Shown: piece after piece, positions 37,701-52,700 of the stretch
Layout of the letters: every line of letters begins with the position of its first letter
Position numbering within the stretch: the first letter of the stretch is position 1
From: Antedon mediterranea
Lineage: Eukaryota > Animalia > Echinodermata
Direction of reading: 5' to 3'
Assembly: GCF_964355755.1 (NCBI RefSeq)
Contig: NC_092678.1
Location: 9,732,352-9,796,351, forward strand
DNA: 64,000 nt
The notes under the pieces: model-generated
What the model was told of the DNA's origin: nothing
Seen by the model: only the letters and a program-made list of their open reading frames with translations
Databases searched by the model: none
Position numbers and translations under genes: made by a program

Positions 37701-40700
37701 TAAAACGTTTTTAAAACGATATTAAGCTATTTTGTGCTCTTTGATGTTTTTGTGTAACCAAGTTTTATCGAAATGAACAAAATTGTCTAAAACGTCTCCA
37801 AATGCGATTTGAAGATATTCTGAGCACTTTGGTGTTTTTATGTTAAAAAGTTTTTTCGAAAATCACAAAATGGTCTAAAACGTCTCAAAATGCGATTTGA
37901 AGGTATTCTGAGCACTTTGGTGTTTTTGTGTGAAAAGTTTTAACGAAATGCTCAAAATTGTCTAAAACAGTTTCTAATGTGATTTTAAGCACTTTGATGT
38001 TTTTGTAAAACCAAGTTTCATCAAAATGCACAAAATGGTCTAAAACGTCTCCAAATGCGATTTGAAGCTTTTCCAAGCACTTTGCTGTTTTTATGTTAAC
38101 AAGCTTTTTCGAAAATCACAAAATGGTCTAAAACGTCTCCAAATGCGATTTGAAGCTTTTCTAAGCACTTTGGTGTTTTTATGTTAACAAGTTTTTTCGA
38201 AAATCACAAAATGGTCTAAAACGTCTCCAAATGCGATTTGAAGCTCTTCTGTACACTTTGATGTTTTGTGTGAAAAAGTTTTGTCAAAATGCTCAAAATG
38301 GTCTAAAACGTTTTTAAAACGATATTAAGCTATTTTGTGCTCTTTGATGTTTTTGTATAACCAAGTTTTTTCGAAAATCACAAAATGGTCTAAAACGTCT
38401 CCAAATGCGATTTGAAGATATTCTGAGCACTTTGGTGTTTTTATGTTAAAAAGTTTTTTCGAAAATCACAAAATGGTCTAAAACGTCTCAAAATGCGATT
38501 TGAAGGTATTCTGAGCACTTTGGTGTTTTTGTGTGAAAAGTTTTAACGAAATGCTAAAAATGGTCTAAAACGGTTCTAATGTTATTTTAAGCACTTTGAT
38601 GTTTTTGTATAACCAAGTTTCATCGAAATGCACAAAATGGTCTAAAACGTCTCCAAATGCGATTTAAAGCTATTCTAGACACTTTGATGTTTTGTGTGAA
38701 AAAGTTTTCTCGAAATCCTCAAAATGGTCTAAAACGTTTTCCAATACCATATTAAGCTATTTTGTGCAATTTGATGTTTTTGTGTAACGAAGTTTTTTGA
38801 AATGCGATTTGAAGATATTCTGAGCACTTTGGTGTTTTTATGTTAAAAACTTTTTTCGAAAATCACAAAATGGTCTAAAACGTCTCCAAATGCGATTTGA
38901 AGATATTCTGAGCACTTTGGTGTTTTTATGTTAAAAAGTGTTTTCGAAAATCACAAAATGGTCTAAAACGTCTCCAAATGCGATTTGAAGCTATTCTGTA
39001 CACTTTGATGTTTTGTGTGAAAAAGTTTTGTCGAAATGCTCAAAATGGTCTAAAACGTTTTTAAATACGATATTAAGCTGTTTTGTGCACTTTGATGATT
39101 TGTGTGAAAAGTTTTAACGAAATGCTCAAAATGGTCAAAAACGGTTTCTAATGTGATTTTAAGCACTTTGATGTTTTTGTGTAACCAAGTTTTTTCGAAA
39201 ATCACAAAATGGTCTAAAACGTCTCCAAATGCGATTTGAAGCTTTTCTAAACACTTTGGTGTTTTTATGTTAACAAGTTTTTTCGAAAATCACAAAATGG
39301 TCTAAAACGTCTCCAAATGCGATTTGAAGCTTTTCCAAGCACTTTGCTGTTTTTATGTTAACAATTTTTTTCGAAAATCACAAAATGGTCTAAAACGTCT
39401 CCAAATGCGATTTGAAGCTATTCTGTACACTTTGATGTTTTGTGTGAAAAAGTTTTGTCGAAATGCTCAAAATGGTCTAAAACGTTTTTAAAACGATATT
39501 AAGCTATTTTGTGCTCTTTGATGTTTTTGTGTAACCAAGTTTCATCGAAATGCACAAAATGGTCTAAAACGTCTCCAAATGCGATTTGAAGCTTTTCTAA
39601 GCACTTTGCTGTTTTTATGTTAACAAGTTTTTTCGAAAATCACAAAATGGTCTAAAACGTCTCCAAATGCGATTTGAAGATATTCTGAGCACTTTGGTGT
39701 TTTTATGTTAAAAAGTTTTTTCGAAAATCACAAAATGGTCTAAAACGTCTCAAAATGCGATTTGAAGCTCTTCTGTACACTTTGATGTTTTGTGTGAACA
39801 AGTTTTGTCGAAATGCTCAAAATGGTCTAAAACGTTTTTAAATACGATATTAAGCTGTTTTGTGCACTTTGGTGTTTTTGTGTGAAAAGTTTTAACGAAA
39901 TGCTCAAAATGGTCTAAAACGGTTCTAATGTGATTTTAAGCACTTTGATGTTTTTGTATAACCAAGTTTCATCGAAATGCTCAAAATGGTCTAAAACGTT
40001 TTAAAACGATATTAAGCTATTTTGTGCTCTTTGATGTTTTTGTGTAACCAAGTTTCATCGAAATGAACAAAATGGTCTAAAACGTCTCCAAATGCGATTT
40101 GAAGCTTTTCTAAGCACTTTGGTGTTTTTATGTTAACAAGTTTTTTCGAAAATCACAAAATGGTCTAAAACGTCTCAACATGCGATTGAAGGTATTCTGA
40201 GCACTTTGGTGTTTTTGTGTGAAAAGTTTTAACAAAATGCTCAAAATGGTCTAAAACGGTTCTAATGTGATTTTAAGCACTTTGATGTTTTTGTATAACC
40301 AAGTTTCATCGAAATGCTCAAAATGGTCTAAAACGTTTTTAAAACGATATTAAGCTATTTTGTGCTCTTTGATGTTTTTGTGTAACCAAGTTTCATCGAA
40401 ATGAACAAAATGGTCTAAAACGTCTCCAAATGCGATTTGAAGCTTTTCTAAGCACTTTGGTGTTTTTATGTTAACAAGTTTTTTCGAAAATCACAAAATG
40501 GTCTAAAACGTCTCAAAATGCGATTGAAGGTATTCTGAGCACTTTGGTGTTTTTGTGTGAAAAGTTTTAACGAAATGCTCAAAATGGTCTAAAACGGTTC
40601 TAATGTGATTTTAAGCACTTTGATGTTTTTGTATAACCAAGTTTCATCGAAATGCTCAAAATGGTCTAAAACGTTTTTAAAACGATATTAAGCTATTTTG

Positions 40701-42369
40701 TGCTCTTTGATGTTTTTGTGTAACCAAGTTTTTTCGAAAATCACAAAATGGTCTAAAACGTCTCCAAATGCGATTTGAAGGTATTCTGAGCACTTTGGTG
40801 TTTTTGTGTGAAAAGTTTTAACGAAATGCTCAAAATGGTCTAAAACGGTTTCTAATGTGATTTTAACCACTTTGATGTTTATGTTAAAAAAGTTTTTTCG
40901 AAAATCACAAAATGGTCTAAAACGTCTCCAAATGCGATTTGAAGCTATTCTGTACACTTTGATGTTTTGTGTGAAAAAAGTTTTGTCGAAATGCTCAAAA
41001 TGGTCTAAAACGTTTTTAAAACGATATTAAGCTATTTTGTGCTCTTTGATGTTTTTGTGTAACCAAGTTTCATCGAAATGAACAAAATGGTCTAAAACGT
41101 CTCCAAATGCGATTTGAAGCTTTTCCAAGCACTTTGCTGTTTTTATGTTAACAATTTTTTTCGAAAATCACAAAATGGTCTAAAACGTCTCAAAATGCGA
41201 TTTGAAGGTATTCTGAGCACTTTGGTGTTTTTGTGTGAAAAGTTTTAACGAAATGCTCAAAATGGTCTAAAACGGTTTCTAATGTGATTTTAAGCACTTT
41301 GATGTTTTTGTATAACCAAGTTTCATCGAAATGCACAAAATGGTCTAAAACGTCTCCAAATGCGATTTGAAGCTTTTCTAAGCACTTTGCTGTTTTTATG
41401 CTAACAAGTTTTTTCGAAAATCACAAAATGGTCTAAAACGTCTCCAAATGCGATTTGAAGCTCTTCTGTACACTTTGATGTTTTGTGTGAAAAAGTTTTG
41501 TCGAAATGCTCAAAATGGTCTAAAACCTTTTTAAATACGATATTAAGCTGTTTTGTGCACTTTGATGATTTGTGTGAAAAGTTTTAACGAAATGCTCAAA
41601 ATGCTCTAAAACGGTTTCTAATGTGATTTTAAGCACTTTGATGTTTTTGTATAACCAAGTTTCATCGAAATGCACAAAATGGTCTAAAACGTCTCCAAAT
41701 GCGATTTGAAGCTTTTCTAAGCACTTTGCTGTTTTTATGTTAACAAGTTTTTTCGAAAATCACAAAATGGTCTAAAACGTCTCCAAATGCGATTTGAAGA
41801 TATTCTGAGCACTTTGGTGTTTTTATGTTAAAAAGTTTTTTCGAACATCACAAAATGGTCTAAAACGTCTCCAAATGCGATTTGAAGCTCTTCTGTACAC
41901 TTTGATGTTTTGTGTGAACAAGTTTTGTCGAAATGCTCAAAATGGTCTAAAACGTTTTTAAATACGATATTAAGCTGTTTTGTGCACTTTGATGATTTGT
42001 GTGAAAAGTTTTAACGAAATGCTCAAAATGGTCAAAAACGGTTTCTAATGTGATTTTAAGCACTTTGATGTTTTTGTGTAACCAAGTTTTTTCGAAAATC
42101 ACAAAATGGTCTAAAACGTCTCCAAAGGCGATTTGAAGCTTTTCTAAGCACTTTGGTGTTTTTATGTTAACAAGTTTTTTCGAAAATCACAAAATGGTCT
42201 AAAACGTCTCCAAATGCGATTTGAATATATTCTGAGCACTTTGGTGTTTTTATGTTAAAAAAGTTTTTTCGAAAATCACAAAATGGTCTAAAACGTCTCC
42301 AAATGCGATTTGAAGCTATTCTGTACACTTTGATGTTTTGTGTGAAAAAAGTTTTGTCGAAATGCTCAA

Positions 42370-43730
42370 AATGGTCTAAAACGTTTTTAAAACGATATTA
42401 AGCTATTTTGTGCTCTTTGATGTTTTTGTGTAACCAAGTTTCATCGAAATGAACAAAATGGTCTAAAACGTCTCCAAATGCGATTTGAAGCTTTTCTAAG
42501 CACTTTGGTGTTTTTATGTTAACAAGTTTTTTCGAAAATCACAAAATGGTCTAAAACGTCTCAAAATGCGATTGAAGGTATTCTGAGCACTTTGGTGTTT
42601 TTGTGTGAAAAGTTTTAACAAAATGCTCAAAATGGTCTAAAACGGTTCTAATGTGATTTTAAGCACTTTGATGTTTTTGTATAACCAAGTTTCATCGAAA
42701 TGCTCAAAATGGTCTAAAACGTTTTTAAAACGATATTAAGCTATTTTGTGCTCTTTGATGTTTTTGTGTAACCAAGTTTCATCGAAATGAACAAAATGGT
42801 CTAAAACGTCTCCAAATGCGATTTGAAGCTTTTCTAAGCACTTTGGTGTTTTTATGTTAACAAGTTTTTTCGAAAATCACAAAATGGTCTAAAACGTCTC
42901 AAAATGCGATTGAAGGTATTCTGAGCACTTTGGTGTTTTTGTGTGAAAAGTTTTAACGAAATGCTCAAAATGGTCTAAAACGGTTCTAATGTGATTTTAA
43001 GCACTTTGATGTTTTTGTATAACCAAGTTTCATCGAAATGCTCAAAATGGTCTAAAACGTTTTTAAAACGATATTAAGCTATTTTGTGCTCTTTGATGTT
43101 TTTGTGTAACCAAGTTTCATCGAAATGAACAAAATGGTCTAAAACGTCTCCAAATGCGATTTGAAGCTTTTCTAAGCACTTTGGTGTTTTTATGTTAACA
43201 AGTTTTTTCGAAAATCACAAAATGGTCTAAAACGTCTCAACATGCGATTGAAGGTATTCTGAGCACTTTGGTGTTTTTGTGTGAAAAGTTTTAACAAAAT
43301 GCTCAAAATGGTCTAAAACGGTTCTAATGTGATTTTAAGCACTTTGATGTTTTTGTATAACCAAGTTTCATCGAAATGCTCAAAATGGTCTAAAACGTTT
43401 TTAAAACGATATTAAGCTATTTTGTGCTCTTTGATGTTTTTGTGTAACCAAGTTTCATCGAAATGAACAAAATGGTCTAAAACGTCTCCAAATGCGATTT
43501 GAAGCTTTTCTAAGCACTTTGGTGTTTTTATGTTAACAAGTTTTTTCGAAAATCACAAAATGGTCTAAAACGTCTCAAAATGCGATTGAAGGTATTCTGA
43601 GCACTTTGGTGTTTTTGTGTGAAAAGTTTTAACGAAATGCTCAAAATGGTCTAAAACGGTTCTAATGTGATTTTAAGCACTTTGATGTTTTTGTATAACC
43701 AAGTTTCATCGAAATGCTCAAAATGGTCTA
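42370..43730. repeat. Four tandem copies of a 338-bp four-monomer higher-order repeat
   Basis: The diagnostic variant GCGATTGAAGG starts at 42568, 42906, 43244 and 43582, spaced exactly 338 bp. Confidence 0.9.
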
Positions 43731-46700
43731 AAACGTTTTTAAAACGATATTAAGCTATTTTGTGCTCTTTGATGTTTTTGTGTAACCAAGTTTTTTCGAA
43801 AATCACAAAATGGTCTAAAACGTCTCCAAATGCGATTTGAAGGTATTCTGAGCACTTTGGTGTTTTTGTGTGAAAAGTTTTAACGAAATGCTCAAAATGG
43901 TCTAAAACGGTTTCTAATGTGATTTTAACCACTTTGATGTTTATGTTAAAAAAGTTTTTTCGAAAATCACAAAATGGTCTAAAACGTCTCCAAATGCGAT
44001 TTGAAGCTATTCTGTACACTTTGATGTTTTGTGTGAAAAAAGTTTTGTCGAAATGCTCAAAATGGTCTAAAACGTTTTTAAAACGATATTAAGCTATTTT
44101 GTGCTCTTTGATGTTTTTGTGTAACCAAGTTTCATCGAAATGAACAAAATGGTCTAAAACGTCTCCAAATGCGATTTGAAGCTTTTCCAAGCACTTTGCT
44201 GTTTTTATGTTAACAATTTTTTTCGAAAATCACAAAATGGTCTAAAACGTCTCAAAATGCGATTTGAAGGTATTCTGAGCACTTTGGTGTTTTTGTGTGA
44301 AAAGTTTTAACGAAATGCTCAAAATGGTCTAAAACGGTTTCTAATGTGATTTTAAGCACTTTGATGTTTTTGTATAACCAAGTTTCATCGAAATGCACAA
44401 AATGGTCTAAAACGTCTCCAAATGCGATTTGAAGCTTTTCTAAGCACTTTGCTGTTTTTATGCTAACAAGTTTTTTCGAAAATCACAAAATGGTCTAAAA
44501 CGTCTCCAAATGCGATTTGAAGCTCTTCTGTACACTTTGATGTTTTGTGTGAAAAAGTTTTGTCGAAATGCTCAAAATGGTCTAAAACCTTTTTAAATAC
44601 GATATTAAGCTGTTTTGTGCACTTTGATGATTTGTGTGAAAAGTTTTAACGAAATGCTCAAAATGCTCTAAAACGGTTTCTAATGTGATTTTAAGCACTT
44701 TGATGTTTTTGTATAACCAAGTTTCATCGAAATGCACAAAATGGTCTAAAACGTCTCCAAATGCGATTTGAAGCTTTTCTAAGCACTTTGCTGTTTTTAT
44801 GTTAACAAGTTTTTTTCGAAAATCACAAAATGGTCTAAAACGTCTCCAAATGCGATTTGAAGATATTCTGAGCACTTTGGTGTTTTTATGTTAAAAAGTT
44901 TTTTCGAACATCACAAAATGGTCTAAAACGTCTCCAAATGCGATTTGAAGCTCTTCTGTACACTTTGATGTTTTGTGTGAACAAGTTTTGTCGAAATGCT
45001 CAAAATGGTCTAAAACGTTTTTAAATACGATATTAAGCTGTTTTGTGCACTTTGATGATTTGTGTGAAAAGTTTTAACGAAATGCTCAAAATGGTCAAAA
45101 ACGGTTTCTAATGTGATTTTAAGCACTTTGATGTTTTTGTGTAACCAAGTTTTTTCGAAAATCACAAAATGGTCTAAAACGTCTCCAAAGGCGATTTGAA
45201 GCTTTTCTAAGCACTTTGGTGTTTTTATGTTAACAAGTTTTTTCGAAAATCACAAAATGGTCTAAAACGTCTCCAAATGCGATTTGAATATATTCTGAGC
45301 ACTTTGGTGTTTTTATGTTAAAAAAGTTTTTTCGAAAATCACAAAATGGTCTAAAACGTCTCCAAATGCGATTTGAAGCTATTCTGTACACTTTGATGTT
45401 TTGTGTGAAAAAAGTTTTGTCGAAATGCTCAAAATGGTCTAAAACGTTTTTAAAACGATATTAAGCTATTTTGTGCTCTTTGATGTTTTTGTGTAACCAA
45501 GTTTCATCGAAATGAACAAAATGGTCTAAAACGTCTCCAAATGCGATTTGAAGCTTTTCTAAGCACTTTGGTGTTTTTATGTTAACAAGTTTTTTCGAAA
45601 ATCACAAAATGGTCTAAAACGTCTCAAAATGCGATTGAAGGTATTCTGAGCACTTTGGTGTTTTTGTGTGAAAAGTTTTAACAAAATGCTCAAAATGGTC
45701 TAAAACGGTTCTAATGTGATTTTAAGCACTTTGATGTTTTTGTATAACCAAGTTTCATCGAAATGCTCAAAATGGTCTAAAACGTTTTTAAAACGATATT
45801 AAGCTATTTTGTGCTCTTTGATGTTTTTGTGTAACCAAGTTTCATCGAAATGAACAAAATGGTCTAAAACGTCTCCAAATGCGATTTGAAGCTTTTCTAA
45901 GCACTTTGGTGTTTTTATGTTAACAAGTTTTTTCGAAAATCACAAAATGGTCTAAAACGTCTCAAAATGCGATTGAAGGTATTCTGAGCACTTTGGTGTT
46001 TTTGTGTGAAAAGTTTTAACGAAATGCTCAAAATGGTCTAAAACGGTTCTAATGTGATTTTAAGCACTTTGATGTTTTTGTATAACCAAGTTTCATCGAA
46101 ATGCTCAAAATGGTCTAAAACGTTTTTAAAACGATATTAAGCTATTTTGTGCTCTTTGATGTTTTTGTGTAACCAAGTTTTTTCGAAAATCACAAAATGG
46201 TCTAAAACGTCTCCAAATGCGATTTGAAGGTATTCTGAGCACTTTGGTGTTTTTGTGTGAAAAGTTTTAACGAAATGCTCAAAATGGTCTAAAACGGTTT
46301 CTAATGTGATTTTAACCACTTTGATGTTTATGTTAAAAAAGTTTTTTCGAAAATCACAAAATGGTCTAAAACGTCTCCAAATGCGATTTGAAGCTATTCT
46401 GTACACTTTGATGTTTTGTGTGAAAAAAGTTTTGTCGAAATGCTCAAAATGGTCTAAAACGTTTTTAAAACGATATTAAGCTATTTTGTGCTCTTTGATG
46501 TTTTTGTGTAACCAAGTTTCATCGAAATGAACAAAATGGTCTAAAACGTCTCCAAATGCGATTTGAAGCTTTTCCAAGCACTTTGCTGTTTTTATGTTAA
46601 CAATTTTTTTCGAAAATCACAAAATGGTCTAAAACGTCTCAAAATGCGATTTGAAGGTATTCTGAGCACTTTGGTGTTTTTGTGTGAAAAGTTTTAACGA

Positions 46701-49700
46701 AAAGCTCAAAATGGTCTAAAACGGTTTCTAATGTGATTTTAAGCACTTTGATGTTTTTGTATAACCAAGTTTCATCGAAATGCACAAAATGGTCTAAAAC
46801 GTCTCCAAATGCGATTTGAAGCTTTTCTAAGCACTTTGCTGTTTTTATGCTAACAAGTTTTTTCGAAAATCACAAAATGGTCTAAAACGTCTCCAAATGC
46901 GATTTGAAGCTCTTCTGTACACTTTGATGTTTTGTGTGAAAAAGTTTTGTCGAAATGCTCAAAATGGTCTAAAACCTTTTTAAATACGATATTAAGCTGT
47001 TTTGTGCACTTTGATGATTTGTGTGAAAAGTTTTAACGAAATGCTCAAAATGCTCTAAAACGGTTTCTAATGTGATTTTAAGCACTTTGATGTTTTTGTA
47101 TAACCAAGTTTCATCGAAATGCACAAAATGGTCTAAAACGTCTCCAAATGCGATTTGAAGCTTTTCTAAGCACTTTGCTGTTTTTATGTTAACAAGTTTT
47201 TTCGAAAATCACAAAATGGTCTAAAACGTCTCCAAATGCGATTTGAAGATATTCTGAGCACTTTGGTGTTTTTATGTTAAAAAGTTTTTTCGAACATCAC
47301 AAAATGGTCTAAAACGTCTCCAAATGCGATTTGAAGCTCTTCTGTACACTTTGATGTTTTGTGTGAACAAGTTTTGTCGAAATGCTCAAAATGGTCTAAA
47401 ACGTTTTTAAATACGATATTAAGCTGTTTTGTGCACTTTGATGATTTGTGTGAAAAGTTTTAACGAAATGCTCAAAATGGTCAAAAACGGTTTCTAATGT
47501 GATTTTAAGCACTTTGATGTTTTTGTGTAACCAAGTTTTTTCGAAAATCACAAAATGGTCTAAAACGTCTCCAAAGGCGATTTGAAGCTTTTCTAAGCAC
47601 TTTGGTGTTTTTATGTTAACAAGTTTTTTCGAAAATCACAAAATGGTCTAAAACGTCTCCAAATGCGATTTGAATATATTCTGAGCACTTTGGTGTTTTT
47701 ATGTTAAAAAAGTTTTTTCGAAAATCACAAAATGGTCTAAAACGTCTCCAAATGCGATTTGAAGCTATTCTGTACACTTTGATGTTTTGTGTGAAAAAAG
47801 TTTTGTCGAAATGCTCAAAATGGTCTAAAACGTTTTTAAAACGATATTAAGCTATTTTGTGCTCTTTGATGTTTTTGTGTAACCAAGTTTCATCGAAATG
47901 AACAAAATGGTCTAAAACGTCTCCAAATGCGATTTGAAGCTTTTCCAAGCACTTTGCTGTTTTTATGTTAACAAGTTTTTTCGAAAATCACAAAATGGTC
48001 TAAAACGTCTCAAAATGCGATTTGAAGGTATTCTGAGCACTTTGGTGTTTTTGTGTGAAAAGTTTTAACGAAATGCTCAAAATGGTCTAAATCGGTTTCT
48101 AATGTGATTTTAAGCACTTTGATGTTTTTGTATAACCAAGTTTCATCGAAATGCACAAAATGGTCTAAAACGTCTCCAAATGCGATTTGAAGCTTTTCTA
48201 AGCACTTTGCTGTTTTTATGTTAACAAGTTTTTTCGAAAATCACAAAATGGTCTAAAACGTCTCCAAATGCGATTTGAAGCTCTTCTGTACACTTTGATG
48301 TTTTGTGTGAAAAAGTTTTGTCGAAATGCTCAAAATGGTCTAAAACCTTTTTAAATACGATATTAAGCTGTTTTGTGCACTTTGATGATTTGTGTGAAAA
48401 GTTTTAACGAAATGCTCAAAATGGTCTAAAACGGTTTCTAATGGGATTTTAAGCACTTTGATGTTTTTGTATAACCAAGTTTCATCGAAATGCACAAAAT
48501 GGTCTAAAACGTCTCCAAATGCGATTTGAAGCTTTTCTAAGCACTTTGCTGTTTTTATGTTAATAAGTTTTTTCGAAAATCACAAAATGGTCTAAAACGT
48601 CTCCAAATGCGATTTGAAGATATTCTGAGCACTTTGGTGTTTTTATGTTAAAAAGTTTTTTCGAAAATCACAAAATGGTCTAAAACGTCTCCAAATGCGA
48701 TTTGAAGCTCTTCTGTACACTTTGATGTTTTGTGTGAACAAGTTTTGTCGAAATGCTCAAAATGGTCTAAAACGTTTTTAAATACGATATTAAGCTGTTT
48801 TGTGCACTTTGATGATTTGTGTGAAAAGTTTTAACGAAATGCTCAAAATGGTCAAAAACGGTTTCTAATGTGATTTTAAGCACTTTGATGTTTTTGTGTA
48901 ACCAAGTTTTTTTGAAAATCACAAAATGGTCTAAAACGTCTCCAAATGCGATTTGAAGCTTTTCTAAGCACTTTGGTGTTTTTATGTTAACAAGTTTTTT
49001 CGAAAATCACAAAATGGTCTAAAACGTCTCCAAATGCGATTTGAATATATTCTGAGCACTTTGGTGTTTTTATGTTAAAAAAGTTTTTTCGAAAATCACA
49101 AAATGGTCTAAAACGTCTCCAAATGCGATTTGAAGCTATTCTGTACACTTTGATGTTTTGTGTGAAAAAAGTTTTGTCGAAATGCTCAAAATGGTCTAAA
49201 ACGTTTTTAAAACGATATTAAGCTATTTTGTGCTCTCTGATGTTTTTGTGTAACCAAGTTTCATCGAAATGAACAAAATGGTCTAAAACGTCTCCAAATG
49301 CGATTTGAAGCTTTTCCAAGCACTTTGCTGTTTTTATGTTAACAAGTTTTTTCGAAAATCACAAAATGGTCTAAAACGTCTCAAAATGCGATTTGAAGGT
49401 ATTCTGAGCACTTTGGTGTTTTTGTGTGAAAAGTTTTAACGAAATGCTCAAAACGGTCTAAAACGGTTTCTAATGTGATTTTAAGCACTTTGATGTTTTT
49501 GTATAACCAAGTTTCATCGAAATGCACAAAATGGTCTAAAACGTCTCCAAATGCGATTTGAAGCTTTTCTAAGCACTTTGCTGTTTTTATGTTAACAAGT
49601 TTTTTCGAAAATCACAAAATGGTCTAAAAAGTCTCAAAATGCGATTTGAAGGTATTCTGAGCACTTTGGTGTTTTTGTGTGAAAAGTTTTAACGAAATGC

Positions 49701-52700
49701 TCAAAATGGTCTAAAACGGTTTCTAATGTGATTTTAAGCACTTTGATGTTTTTGTATAACCAAGTTTCATCGAATCGCACAAAATGGTCTAAAACGTCTC
49801 CAAATGCGATTTGAAGCTTTTCTAAGCACTTTGCTGTTTTTATGTTAACAAGTTTTTTCGAAAATCACAAAATGGTCTAAAACGTCTCCAAATGCGATTT
49901 GAAGATATTCTGAGCACTTTGGTGTTTTTATGTTAAAAAGTTTTTTCGAAAATCACAAAATGGTCTAAAACGTCTCCAAATGCGATTTGAAGCTCTTCTG
50001 TACACTTTGATGTTTTGTGTGAAAAAGTTTTGTCGAAATGCTCAAAATGGTCTAAAACGTTTTTAAATACGATATTAAGCTGTTTTGTGCACTTTGATGA
50101 TTTGTGTGAAAAGTTTTAACGAAATGCTCAAAATGGTCTAAAACGGTTTCTAATGTGATTTTAAGCACTTTGATGTTTTTGTGTAACCAAGCTTTTTCGA
50201 AAATCACAAAATGGTCTAAAACGTCTCCAAATGCGATTTGAAGCTTTTCTAAGCACTTTGGTGTTTTTATGTTAACAAGTTTTTTCGAAAATTACAAAAT
50301 GGTCTAAAACGTCTCAAAATGCGATTTGAAGGTATTCTGAGCACTTTGGTGTTTTTGTGTGAAAGTTTTAACGAAATGCTCAAAATGGTCTAAAACGGTT
50401 TATAATGTGATTTTAACCACTTTGATGTTTTTGTGTAACCAAGTTTTTTCGAAAATCACAAAATGGTCTAAAACGTCTCCAAATGCGATTTGAAGCTTTT
50501 CTAAGCACTTTGGTGTTTTTATGTTAACAAGTTTTTTCGAAAATCACAAAATGGTCTAAAACGTCTCCAAATGCGATTTGAAGTTATTCTGAGCACTTTG
50601 GTATTTTTATGTTAAAAAGTTTTTTCGAAAATCACAAAATGGTCTAAAACGTCTCCAAATGCGATTTGAAGCTATTCGGTACACTTTGATATTTTGTGTG
50701 AAAAAAGTTTTGTCGAAATGCTCAAAATGGTCTAAAACGTTTTTAAAACGATATTAAGCTATTTTGTGCTCTTTGATGTTTTTGTGTAACCAAGTTTCAT
50801 CGAAATGAACAAAATGATCTAAAACGTCTCCAAATGCGATTTGAAGCTTTTCCAAGCACTTTGCTGTTTTTATGTTAACAAGTTTTTTCGAAAATCACAA
50901 AATGGTCTAAAACGTCTCAAAATGCTTTTTGAAGGTATTCTGAGCACTTTGGTGTTTTTGTGTGAAAAGTTTTATCGAAATGCTCAAAATGGTCTAAAAC
51001 GGTTTCTAATGTGATTTTAAGCACTTTGATGTTTTTGTAAAACCAAGTTTCATCGAAATGCACAAAATGGTCTAAAACGTCTCCAAATGCGATTTGAAGG
51101 TATTCTGAGCACTTTGGTGTTTTTGTGTGAAAAGTTTTAACGAAATGCTCAAAATGGTCTAAAACGGTTCTAATGTGATTTTAAGCACTTTGATGTTTTT
51201 GTATAACCAAGTTTCATCGAAATGCTCAAAATGGTCTAAAACGTTTTTAAAACGATATTAAGCTATTTTCTGCTCTTTGATGTTTTTGTGTAACCAAGTT
51301 TTTTCGAAAATCACAAAATGGTCTAAAACGTCTCCAAATGCGATTTGAAGCTTTTCTAAGCACTTTGGTGTTTTTATGTTAACAAGTTTTTTCGAAAATC
51401 ACAAAATGGTCTAAAACGTCTCAAAATACGATTTGAAGGTATTCTGAGCACTTTGGTGTTTTTGTGTGAAAAGTTTTAACGAAATGCTCAAAATGGTCTA
51501 AAACGATTTCTAATGTGATTTTAACCACTTTGATGTTTTTGTGTAACCAAGTTCTTTTCGAAAATCACAAAATGGTCTAAAACGTCTCCAAATGCGATTT
51601 GAAGCTTTTCTAAGCACTTTGGTGTTTTTATGTTAAAAAGTTTTTTCGAAAATCACAAAATGGTCTAAAACGTCTCCAAATGCGATTTGAAGCTCTTCTG
51701 TACACTTTGATGTTTTGTGTGAAAAAGTTTTGTCGAAATGCTCAAAATGGTCTAAAACGTTTTTAAATACGATATTAAGCTGTTTTGTGCACTTTGATGA
51801 TTTGTGTGAAAAGTTTTAACGAAATGCTCAAAATAGTCTAAAACGGTTTCTAATGTGATTTTAAGCACTTTGATGTTTTTGTGTAACCAAGTTTTTTCGG
51901 AAATCACAAAATGGTCTAAAACGTCTCCAAATGCGATTTGAAGCTTTTCTAAGCACTTTGGTGTTTTTATGTTAACAAGTTTTTTCGAAAATCACAAAAT
52001 GGTCTAAAACGTCTCAAAATGCGATTGAAGGTATTCTGAGCACTTTGGTGTTTTTGTGTGAAAAGTTTTAACGAAATGCTCAAAATGGTCTAAAACGGTT
52101 CTAATGTGATTTTAAGCACTTTGATGTTTTTGTATAACCAAGTTTCATCGAAATGCTCAAAATGGTCTAAAACGTTTTTAAAACGATATTAAGCTATTTT
52201 GTGCTCTTTGATGTTTTTGTGTAACCAAGTTTTTTCGGAAATCACAAAATGGTCTAAAACGTCTCCAAATGCGATTTGAAGCTTTTCTAAGCACTTTGGT
52301 GTTTTTATGTTAACAAGTTTTTTCGAAAATCACAAAATGGTCTAAAACGTCTCCAAATGCGATTTGAAGATATTCTGAGCACTTTGGTATTTTTGTGTAA
52401 CCAAGTTTTTTCGAAAATCACAAAATGGTCTAAAACGTCTCCAAATGCGATTTGAAGCTTTTCTAAGCACTTTGGTGTTTTTATGTTAACAAGTTTTTTC
52501 GAAAATCACAAAATGGTCTAAAACGTCTCAAAATGCGATTTGAAGGTATTCTGAGCACTTTGGTGTTTTTGTGTGAAAAGTTTTAACGAAATGCTCAAAA
52601 TGGTCTAAAACGATTTCTAATGTGATTTTAACCACTTTGATGTTTTTGTGTAACCAAGTTCTTTTCGAAAATCACAAAATGGTCTAAAACGTCTCCAAAT

